Positions 52,701 through 64,000 of a stretch of DNA of 64,000 nt are shown one piece after another; positions within the stretch are counted from its first letter, which is position 1; each line of letters opens with the position of its first letter. A model generated the notes under the pieces. That model was not told the DNA's origin. It ran no database searches and saw nothing but the letters and a program-made list of their open reading frames with translations. The translations under genes and the position numbers were made by a program. Source of the DNA: Eledone cirrhosa (lineage: Eukaryota); NCBI GenBank assembly GCA_964016885.1, contig CAXHJY010000514.1, forward strand, positions 124,001 through 188,000, in the 5' to 3' direction.

Positions 52701-54229
52701 TCAGAGAGATATATATGCCTCCATACGAAGCAACATAATTTCATAGAATATTATTTTTCTTGCCTAATTAAGCAACATTATGGGATCACTTCCACTCAAG
52801 TAAATTAACAAATAACTGATATCCCAAAAACACTTTCAATCAGTTCATTAGAGCATTGTCTGTATTTTCCTATGTGTATTTAATTCCCAATTATATAAGC
52901 TTGGGAGGAGAAAAAACAACAAGAATCTATTATAATTGCAATTGTGTTCTTTTCTCTTCTCACAGGAAAATCTTAATTGTGATGAAATATCATAAATGAT
53001 TTGGTAAATTCCATGTTTTTTTAAATTTTATTTCTAGGGCAATCTTTGTCAGCACTGGACAAATATTAAAACAGCTTATGCTACATTTCTCATAACATCA
53101 TATTGAAAATTAATTTTCTGAGAATTATGAATACATAAATACTAATTCATTAAAAAATTGGACAATTACTAAAGTGCCTCAAAATACCTATAGACTTGAT
53201 AGAGGCATTATTATAGAAGAAGAAATATATTAAAGTATTTGTTCCAGCTATTTTTGTTGTTTTTAGTTCAAATCTTGCTACAGTCAATTTTACATTTCAT
53301 TCTTAAGGGGTTCTTGGTATAATATCAATCTATGATGACAGACTGACTGAATCCCTAGCTTGCAAGATAGGATGCTTTGCAGCATTTGTTCCAGATCTTT
53401 ATAATCTTAGTAAATCCCACAATCATTTACCAGCTTCCATGGAAGAGATTAACTTCCCACCACATATACAGTGCTCGACTTACTTATAAGCTATAACTTA
53501 GGACCTCATCATCATCATTTAATGTCTGCTTTCCCTGCTACTAAGGGTTAGACACGTATTTATAGACCATGTCCACTTTATAACATGTACAAGATGCTTT
53601 TATTGATGCTTTTAAAGTTTTCTATCCAAATATTTTCAGAGAAGTGTTTCAAATTTCATATAGGTTAGGGCTTCAGTAGGTGAAAGTCCAGCCCTGCATG
53701 GGCACATCCGTAGTTAACCATTTTAGTGACTCCATATTTGTGAAACTGCTGTCAGCAATCAATACCTGATGATGGTGATGAAATGCTTACTGACTTTTAG
53801 AAGAGAATCCATTTTACATTATTTTGTAATTATTTCTCTGTATTAGAATAATAAGACTGGGGTGCTACCTTAATCAAAATTTCATTGGAGATGGGATGGA
53901 ATCTTAATTTGAACTTGAATCAAAATTCAGTAATAAACTAGATGTTATTTAGAATTGAAAAAAGGAATAAAATAATTAAAAGATAACATTTATCAGTTTG
54001 CTTTCCTACCACTCACATATTTTTTGTTTGCAAAACAAGAACAGTTAAGTTTGGTAAACTTTCACATTTTAGCTTGGATTGAAACCATGATCTTTTATTT
54101 GATTCTAGGTTTTTCATCAGTTTACAGTTAACTCATTTGATAATCAAACTACCCAACATTACCTTAGGTTCTATCAAACAAAACACAAGTTGTTTAGTAT
54201 TTAAGACCTTAAAAAAAGTCTAAAGTCTG

Positions 54230-54490
54230 TCTGAAGCCCAGATGCTCATGAAGCTGGTGCTTATCCCAGTTTCTGTGGCATAACGCAACTGAGTGTTCAA
54301 GGATACACCTGGACAGGATGCCAGTCAATCGCAGGGTTATACTCCTAGCTATTGCTGATATTCATTTTCTGCTGGGTATACTGGAGCATCATGAAATCAT
54401 GTGCTTTGCTCAAGAACACAAGACACAACTCTGTCCAGGAATTGAACACATGATCCTCAATTCAACAGTCTTACCACTAGTCCACATGCA
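54230..54490 (-). mobile_element. Second, older tRNA-derived SINE family (partial copy also ~22940-23110)
   Basis: B-box-like gttcaattcc on the minus strand; core tgctcaagaacacaa and ggatgccagtcaatcgcagggtta. Confidence 0.65.
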
Positions 54491-55107
54491 TCCATTCAAA
54501 TTTTATGTAAGAACTTTTTGCTGAAAATCTTAAGCTTTTTGTGACTATATTTCTAATGAGAATATACTGGTTTTGTGGTTTGATTATTAAAGTTATGAGA
54601 GGTTGAGCAAAATAACTACGTTTTTCAATTTAATAATAATTTTTAAATTAAACACAAGGCCAGCAATTTTAAGGAGGGGAAATTCAATTAAACCAGCTCT
54701 AGCATTGAAGTGGTATTTCATGTTATTGATCCCAGAAGGATGAAAGGGAAAAGTAACCTTGGTAGGGTTTGAACTCAGAATGTAAAGACGTGGAAGAAAT
54801 ATTGTAAGTAATTTGCCTGAATGCTCTTACAAATCTGCCAATCTACTACCTTAACTTTCAATTTAATAATTGTTTCTACTTTTGGCACAAGGCCAGCAAT
54901 TCCCCAGTACATTACTGGTATTTTCAATTTAATAATAAATACTGATCCACATAGGTGATTTCTCAAACCTCATTCGCTTATCAATTGGGGTGGAACTCAT
55001 CAAATCAGACCAAGGAAACAATGTTTCCATTGATCTTTCCAATTGTCGATACTATCTGCTGGTCACAACTCCTAGCAGAAGAATTTAAAAAAATTATTCT
55101 TTAAAAG

Positions 55108-55212
55108 TAATTGTTTCTACTTTTGGCACAAGGCCAGCAATTATGCCAGTGCATTACTGGTACTTTATTTCATCCGTAAGGATGAAAAGCAAAGTTAACC
55201 TCGGCGGGATTT
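55108..55212 (-). mobile_element. 5'-truncated SINE (further partial copies at ~54650-54920 and ~55530-55700)
   Basis: ttgtttctacttttggcacaaggccagcaa...aaagttaacctcggcgggatt. Confidence 0.85.
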
Positions 55213-57769
55213 AATAAAAGACAAATATTTAATGACTGAAATCTAATATTATCCATCATGTAATAATGAGATTTCAACCCAGGATTTAAATTTAAATTTT
55301 ACAGTTTGAGGCAGTTTCAGGTGGGTTGGTGTTGAAAGGGTCATTAATGGAAACATTAGTTATATTATTAAATCTCTCCAAATTCTTGATTATTTTCAAA
55401 ATCAATTCAAATGCATATTGTTTTGATTTTATTTGAAATATGATTACAATAGGTTAAAAGAGGTATCAATATAGATTATACAATGGTAGAAAGAATGAAC
55501 CTGTATGATTTTTTTTCTCATTTTGGTTGAAGGTGAGCAATTTAAAAGGAAGGCAGAAAGTCGATATATCAATCCCACAATTTCATTAGTACTTTATTTT
55601 ATCGACCCCACTGGGATTTGAATTCAGAATGTAAAACACCAGAACAAATACTGCTAATCATTTGTCCATCATTCTAACAACTCTGCCAATCTATTGCCCC
55701 ACCCCGTATGATGACATTTTGCTCAAGAATACATCTTAAATATGTTGGCTTGGACAAGGCAGATTTCTCATGAAAACATGACAAAGTGTTAGAATAACTT
55801 TCTCATTATTTATCTGGTGTTTGGAACATAACTTAACAAAAGCTCATCTCTCAAATTAAGATAGAGTTTTCGATAAATACAAGCACTTTAAAAACAAGTT
55901 TTGTATCTGAGAACTAGGTATGATTTCAGGCAACTTGAATGCATGTGTGAACACATGCACTCATAAGCTCTCACTCACACACACACTTATACACACATAC
56001 AATCACATACACACACTCTAGATTTTGTTATTGCTTGCATGCAATAATGTTGTTTAAATGTACAGAATCCTTTTAGGTCATCAAATCTCTTATTTATTTT
56101 CTTTACATAAGAGGGTAATATTTGAATATTCAACAATTATTATCCATGGGCATATTAGGAATAAGAAATTACAAGATCTCAACTACTATTCTTTTTCCGA
56201 ACAAGTGCTTCTGCTTCAAGTATTCCACTTGTATTTTTAATATCATCTCTGTATTTATTCGGAATTGTAAAAATGTAATGTAAAAGGTCATTATTTTTTT
56301 TTTTGGAAGGGGGGCGCAAATGGTAAGATTATATAATTTCTAGGAATCATTTAATAACAGAATGTAATAACATAAGAGTTCTTTATACACACACAGAAAT
56401 CAAATAGGTACAAATATTCTTTTCAATGATGTTATACAACACACACATGCATTAAGCATTGTGAATTATGTGAGTATAAGAAGTGGTTAAGATAGCAAGT
56501 ACAAGGCATATTAGAAGTATGGGAGTGAAAGCGAGAGTAAAGTAAAACAAAACAAAATAATTGTTTCTAATTTAGGTACATGGTCAGCAATTTGAAGGGT
56601 AGGGGAAGGACTATTAAAGCAACCTCAGTGTATTACTGGTGCTTATGTTATTGACCTCCATAAGGATAAAAAAGGCTATAACTATATGCCACAATGCATG
56701 TTGTTGATGTTCTACCTATACTGCCAAAAGAAAATAATACAAAGTTTACACTTTTACCATATATTTCATATTGTTTCAGGCTTAAGATTCATTTTTTTTT
56801 TCTTTTTTAATGAACTATGTGTAGATATTGGCTCTAGTGGAGGGGGTGACATATGCAGAGGAAATTCTCATCTTCATTTAAGAATGCTCATTAACAGTGG
56901 TTGGTAATTACATGAAATCACTTAGTTATTATAAATACACAATTCTGTACATGTGACCTTCTCTCTCTGACCCAATAATTATGCAGAGTATCTCAATTCA
57001 CTGCTAATATCATGCTCTATTTCCTTTGTTTAGAAAAAGGGATTGAAACCATGAAATATCATGAAATATGAGGTAGAAGTATAAATTGTTTTGTTTCCTC
57101 TTACTTTATTTTTGTTTTCACTTTTGTATTCTATAGCTTTCCCCAAACAATTCTAACCATATATTCACACACACATCTTAGAGATGTTTGGGAAAAGCCA
57201 GTACAATGCAAGTTAGAAATAAAGAATTCCAATTAGCAGTTTGTGATGCAATAATCAAAGCACTCAAAATTATGTGTATCATTCCTTGTTGATGCCGTGC
57301 CCCATGTGTAAAATTTCACCAGTCTGCAGCTATTGTATTATCTAGTTTCTATAGAATAATAAAATAATAATCTGCAGAGACTATGACACTGTTATGTAAT
57401 TAGAATGGAACTCACACATAAAAAGTACTACCCTTAGGAAATACCAGTGATCTAAACCCCTTACAAATCATACCCACATACCTAGCCATGCACAGACTCT
57501 TATCCTATCCCTAACTATCAGGACACAAATAGACCCAACACAGCTGACAACCAAAAGTCACCATCAATTAATTTGAAATGTTTACCCATTAAAGGAACCA
57601 ACAAACCTGATTAGGAAAGAAGTGAAGCCATAAGTCCAGCCAAAAGATTTCACTACAAACCTTATGAAACAACTGTATATATCTAAAATAAAGGAAAAAG
57701 TAAAATACACAAAAGCAAAAAAAAAAAAACATGATTAGACATGCACACAAACACGTGCGTGTGTATATT

Positions 57770-59618
57770 CATCATCATCATCATTTTACGTCCGCTATTC
57801 CCTGCTTGCAAGAGTGGGATGGGTCCTATTCAGCACAGCATCTCTCCACTTGTCAGAGTGCTTCATCATCTCCTCATTGAGCTTTAGTGATCTGAGATCT
57901 GCTCTCATCACCTCCGCCCATGTTTTTCGTGGTCTTCCTCTACTGCGTCTTCCTCCTACTGGGATTTCTTGATACTTCTTTACCCAGCGGTCATCCTCCA
58001 TGCACATCACATGTCCATACCATCTCAGTCTTCTCTCCTGCACACCACAACTTATCCCTCTTATACCCAGTTTCTCTCTCAACTCTTCTATGCTTGGTCG
58101 TTCACACAGATTCACATTGCACATCCAACGGAGCATGCTTGCTTCATTTCTCTCCAGCCGTCACATATCCTCTGCAGTTGCTGCTCATGTCTCACTACCA
58201 TGCAGCATCGCGCATTTCACACAGGCACATAACTGGCCTTTCGTATTCAGGGAAAAACCCTTCTTTGTCGACAGAGGAAGCAGCGCCCTAAACTTCTTCC
58301 AACCCATCCTTATTCTAGATACTATTACCTCGGAACACCCCATCCCATGCTAATCTGATCACCTAGGTACCAGAAGCTATCAACCACTTCTATAGAACCC
58401 ACCTGCATTGGAAAAATGTGTCTATCACTGCTATTACTGTGTCAACTTTTCCTGTACATCTACTGCATACATAGTTTTCCCTACCTGTTAGTTTGCCTGC
58501 TATCCCACTACATCTCTTGTGTACCCAAGATATGCATTGCGTACATTTTATAGAATTTATGCCAGTTCCTTTTCTACATATCTAACATGGTCATTTCCCT
58601 GGTGGAATCAGAGTTTTGTCCTCTTTTCTACTTACAAACACTTTTGTCTTAGTTATGTTCACTCTCAGTCCTCTTGATTCCAACTGCTGCTTCCATAGCC
58701 ATAATTTATTCTCTAGCTCCTCTACTGATTCTGCTATAAGAACCAAATCATCAGCATAGAGAAGATCCTGTGGGCAGCCAGTTTTAAACTCTTCTGTTAT
58801 GGCTTAGAGGACTATAAGAAACAAGATGTATCTGGAATTCATGTATCTGGAATTCCTCACTAAACTCCATTCTTACTCTCACTTTACTGACAGCACCTCT
58901 GTACATAGCTTGCACTGTCCTCACAAGCCATTCCTCTACACCTAGTTTCCTTAGGGACCACCAGATGACAGATCGGTGTACTCTATCAAAGGCCGTCTTT
59001 AGGTCCATAAAAGCTATGTATAGTGGCTTATTCTTATCTTAGAACCTTTCTTGTAGTTGTCTCACTAAGAAGAGGGCATCTGTTGTACTTTTCCCAGGCA
59101 AAAAACCAAACTGCATCTCATCTAATTTTACCCTTTCTCTAATCAGTTGCACTGATATTCTCTCTGCCACTTTCATAACCTGATCCATCAGGGTCTACTG
59201 GGGTAATTTCTCTGTCACTTTCATTCTCCACATTCATCAGTCTCTCATAATGACATTTCCAGGCCTCCTTTTTTTATCCATCCTGACACTAATTACACCA
59301 GCATTATTCTGGACACACTCATCTCCAAGAACATGCCTTGCAATGCAGAACACCACACGTCTCTGATCTTCCCGTCGCAGAACATTGGCAAATCTCGTGC
59401 TCTCAGCCAGCCCGCGTGCTAAGTACACCTGACGTCTAGATTTTCTCTTAGCGGTTGTGTATCCTTCTTTACTCCCACCGTTTTTTCAAGCGTTCCATGC
59501 TAGTCTTTTGTCTCTAATGGCCCTATCTACCATGCTGTTCCACCACCAGGTCACTCTCTGTCTCATTGGAGCTCTGCTCCAACCACAAGTTTCTTCAGTA
59601 GCCTGCAGTAAGTTGTCA
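57770..59618 (-). mobile_element. 5'-truncated RTE/BovB LINE with PHD finger inside RT
   Basis: (CAT)n tail at 57770; DLKTAFDRV, LLYADDLVL (~58750), GLRVNITKTK, C4HC3 finger at 58456-58587, SFWYLGD (~58365), RLRWYGHV, GRPRKTW. Confidence 0.93.
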
Positions 59619-60393
59619 ATATATATGCATGTCTGTGTCAATGGCATTATAACAAGTCATATTTCTGTATATATAGATTAATTTTGTTTTATTGAGATAT
59701 ACACTATTTTATTTAAATACCAAGAGAAAATTATAGTTGAAGTGAATGTGTGACATTCATGCCTGCCTTTCTTAAAGGCATCAATCAAAATATGAATTTT
59801 ATAAACTCATAACCTTTGTGAAGTAACTAAAATGATTGAAGAAAACCTGAAAAATTCCACTTTTCCTGACACTACTAAACTACGAAGTCTTAGGTTCAAT
59901 ACTCCTGGGTGACATTTTGGGAAAGACAGAAATTATGTGGAAACCTGCAATGTCTGTTATCCAAAAGTCCTCTGTTATCAAATACTGTATCACACTAATT
60001 TGACCTCAGAATTATGTTAAGCTTAAATGTGCATGGAAAATGATAATCTACATACATGTTACTTTAACAAGTAAGATGTTTACTTGATCAAAAAACCAAA
60101 TACACTTCTATTTTGCCCTGTTTTTTCTGGAAGGGTCCAGAGTGTTCAAATCTCATTTCAGCAGACCCTGGCAAAAGCAACCATCTACAATTGTTCTGGT
60201 TGCATCCTGCAAGACCAGCTGAGTTCATGGACCTTAGCCAAACATCTTCCTCAGGTTCTAACCCTGGGCCTCTTTTCGATTTGTTTTGCCCATAAAATCT
60301 GTCCAGCCATTCTTTTCTGAGACAGTCTAACCACATCTGTAGTAGTGGAGCTGAGATCTCGCAATTCAACCAAATACTCATCGTTTATTTATG

Positions 60394-60399
<6 letters not shown>

Positions 60400-60465
<66 letters not shown>

Positions 60466-60502
60466 TACACACACACACATATACCTGTGTATGTGTGCCT
60501 AT

Positions 60503-60565
<63 letters not shown>

Positions 60566-60617
60566 CTACAATATATTAAATATGTGTGTGGGTGTTAGGT
60601 TGAGAGAGAGAGAGAGA
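60400..60617. repeat. Compound (TA)n/(CA)n/(GA)n microsatellite
   Basis: Read directly from the sequence; source of the YIYI ORFs. Confidence 0.95.
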
Positions 60618-63600
60618 AGCACTTATCTTAATAGACAATTTAAAAGTAGCTTGCAATTATATTCAAATAACTCATTCTTTATAGTAAAAGAAATTAGGCA
60701 AAAACACCTTAAAAGATTAAAAGTCACACCTTTCTCACAAATGACATGTAGTGAGACTTCTTTTGTTTTTCTTGAATCAGCTTTAGTAACAGCTTCAAAA
60801 TAATTTACTGATGGACTCTTTGTATGAAATCAAAAATTTTCTGTAATGAAACCAGTGTAGATTTCTTCTTAAAACCTGTGATGGCTGAACTCTGTATTAT
60901 TTGTTGTATGGAGAATTACTGTATTTATTGAATCAAATATAACTGAAAAAGAAAATGCCAGTGCTGCTTAATGTTATATTAAATTTCTCTTGGAAAAACA
61001 TATCTTGGACATACCTGTATGACAGATATCTATCTCTATTAGAAAACTTTGGTAATTTTCTTTATGAAGTCCAGTTGGCTTGGTGCAAGCTAGTTTTGGG
61101 GCTTCTGTGTGATACCTAGATCTAATAGAAATAGAAACTATTTGCCTCTCAAATGACACCCTACTACCTTAAATAATGAAGGATTTCTTCATAAAGATGA
61201 ATTATTATGATTGTTACCAAATTCAACAACAATCTCACCACAAACTCTTTTTCGAATTTCCCTCATTCCGTTAACTACATAATTTCAGACTAACTCTTAA
61301 TATCCTGCAATATGAAAATATCTATAAATGGCTTTGTTAGTTCAAATGCTTATAGTATCTTTAATAGTGGGCTTATTGTGAACATTTGCAGAATTAGAAT
61401 AAAGACTTTGCTTTGTAACATGAAGCAGATATAGTGCTGTTTTGTACTTTCCAGAAATGTCTTACTAATGTGGTTATATGTGGTACATGATGTTAAGAGT
61501 CAATAGAAAGCTCTCAATTTATTTTCTCCCAGAATGTTCCATTCGGTTTTATAATATTTATATCAAACCTAATGCTATTTCTTTTATACAATAAACATTT
61601 TGTCTGTCTTTACTATCTCGTTTGAGGAACCTCACTATACAGTCGCTTGTCCTGCTGTCTTACAATGCATGCATTGGATAAATTCATGATTGAAAATAAG
61701 ATTGTTAGGTCATGCCTGGAATGCCTTAGACCATAAGATTGCTCAAATGTGCTTGTATGACTATCAGGTTAATAAGTATGCAGGCTCACTTTCCTTGCCT
61801 TGTATGGATTACCTTCACAGCTCATGACTAAATTTTTAATAAACCAAAACTATGTATTTGAAGTGAATCTAAAACTAATATAATGTTTCACTTTTGTATC
61901 TGGTGTGTGGAACAATACTTAAAAGGTTCTTATGTAAAATTTGGATTGAAGTGTAATATTACTCATCAGTATCTTCATCATTGTGACCATGGTTAAACAT
62001 TCTTGACAAAGTCTCTCCACAATTTATGATTTTCCATTGCTCCTGGCTACTTCCCTCTACTGAGGTTTGTATCATTTGAGAGTTGATTGATGAAGGTTCA
62101 AGCTAGTTTTCCTCTATTGCATCTCCCGTATGTTGGTTCCCACAATAGTAGCTTGTATATAACTTCCTGCTTATTTCTCCAGCAATGTCCTGCAAATCTT
62201 AACTGTTCAAATTAGCAACTGAAAAACAGACAGTGACATGTAATTACTAAGAATATAAAATCAATCCTTTTCATATGATATAATGTGAGGAGTTATCAAG
62301 CAGACTGCCCAGGGGTTAAACAAAAAAAAAAACATGAAAATCTACATTTGATCCACAAATGTAGTTGTCTTCTATGTTCTCTTAATGAATCCTTATTTCT
62401 TATGGCTACCCAATTGAAGACTAATTTATCTAGGTAACACAGTCTAAAAATATTGACTCATTACTGTCTGTCAATGATTTTTATTCAGCTTTCTTGTACA
62501 GTTAATTGCATTTTAGGGTTTTTTAATACTTCTATTACCATATTTCTAACAAATACATACTACTTTTGTGTTTTAATTATCAAAGTAATCAATGATTTTG
62601 AAAGGTTTAGTGAAACAATTGACTTTCAACTTAGTAATATAAGGCAAATATTTAATTACTGAAATCTAATATTATTTACAATCTTATAGCAAGATTCATC
62701 CCAAGATTGGCATTGAAATTTGAACCCTTCGACCAGATTTCGGCCAGGTTGATGCTTAAATAAATAAATAGATTTGCAATAATGTAAACGAGTAATCAGT
62801 TGTTTGAACCACTGAATTATCTGCCTCTGAAATTAATGTGTAAATGGCTGAGTATTCCACTGCCCTTTGAAAATAATAAAACTCAATCTTTTATTTCATA
62901 AATATGTAGTCAGTGCTTCTTTATAATTAAAGTATTGATTAATCCTATTCATCAGCACTAATTAATGTTTTGTAAAGTTTGGTTATTACAAGGCCAATAA
63001 GTAATGGCAAAGAGTATGATTTCACAGACAATAGCTAAAAACCAGAAACATTTGGAATTGTCTTATTTGCTTGTTCATCTAGAGAAAGTGTTAGCTAACC
63101 TCTAAATATTATTTCCTAAACCCTGTATTTAACTATACTGTGATTTTTTTTTTTTTTTTTTTTTTCCGCAATAACTTTCAGAAAAATAGTTAATGTGGCT
63201 GTCTTCTTGTTGAAGTATTTATTGTTAACTGGTATTTTTTGTTTTAAATATTTGAAGATCAAGGTGTCTATATATTTGATATCTTGAAGAGGATGTCATA
63301 TTCTCGTAGGTATTTCCTCTGGTGGCAACTACTCAATAAACGTATCTTCACGGGGAAGTAAAACTTCTTCTCTTACCAAATTATAGTGAATCATGTGAGA
63401 ATATATCTATAGAATTTGACACACTTCGACTTAAATGAATTACTGAAATTTATTCCAAACTCTACATTACTAATAGAAAATCATTTATCTTGATGAGCTG
63501 TCTTTATACCTTAATTTACACAAAGGTCAGAAATAGGAAGATTCAGCCAGCTTTAAATTTACATTCAAGTGTTTTATGGATGAAATTGGTGGTTTAATAA

Positions 63601-64000
63601 CTTTACACTAAGAGCAAGTTGATTCTAAGTGATATAATTTTTGTTTCTGAAGAAGAAATGTTTAATAAAAGTGAATATTCAAGTACAAATGAAATAGAAA
63701 CCTAAAAATAAATGTTAAACCCAGTGTAAATAATTAACGTTGAAAATAAAGATATTACATCTTTTTTTAATATGTCAAATTTGCACTGAAAAATTGTCCA
63801 TATAAATGTAGCCGAGTAAAATATTTATTGAAAATAATCTGACATTAAAAGTAACAAGTTACAAAATGGTAATTTGGTCTTGAAACATCTCAACCAAATA
63901 TAATTGAATAACGTCCAATTTGCACTGCAGTTCTTGTCTTGCACATCCTGTACTCTGGATATCTATTTAGGTGCAATAATGTTTTCTCTCTGTAGGTTTT

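Noticed and set aside
57920-58353. Plus-strand ORFs (also 385-862 on +, and 17278-17694 on -)
   Set aside because: Antisense frames of RTE coding sequence.
63293-63361. 22-aa small ORF MSYSRRYFLWWQLLNKRIFTGK downstream of a poly-T/cag
   Set aside because: No homology recognised; an ORF of this length is expected by chance.

Overview
AT-rich, repeat-dense eukaryotic DNA with no intact protein-coding gene; it reads as intronic or intergenic. The repeat inventory suggests a coleoid cephalopod such as Octopus (inference from family recognition, not a database hit). That inventory includes tRNA-derived SINEs ending in ...GGCCTTGTGCC-AAAGTAGAAACAATT, RTE/BovB LINEs with (ATG)n tails, an R4/Dong-type LINE, and compound CA/TA microsatellites. 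Other recognisable elements are a decayed Chapaev3-like DNA transposase (1.3-2.7 kb), three non-autonomous Helitrons (one keeping a helicase C-terminus), CRE-like RLE-LINE fragments, piggyBac-type MITEs and a hAT-like TIR element. Main observations: (i) a Penelope-like insertion at 41.8-43.4 kb with ~520-bp inverted pseudo-LTRs, a ~40-nt tail, a 13-bp TSD and an atypical minimal hammerhead-like motif; (ii) a non-coding 479-bp element at 4.45-4.93 kb with the same TSD/inverted-arm/tail architecture; (iii) a C4HC3 PHD finger inside the RT domain of the RTE LINE; (iv) a consistent ATTAT start in seven SINE TSDs, plus a short tail match to the R4 LINE 3' region. Most ORFs in the track are spurious (microsatellite-derived or antisense to LINEs). 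All alignments were made by eye, and boundaries of degenerate copies are approximate.
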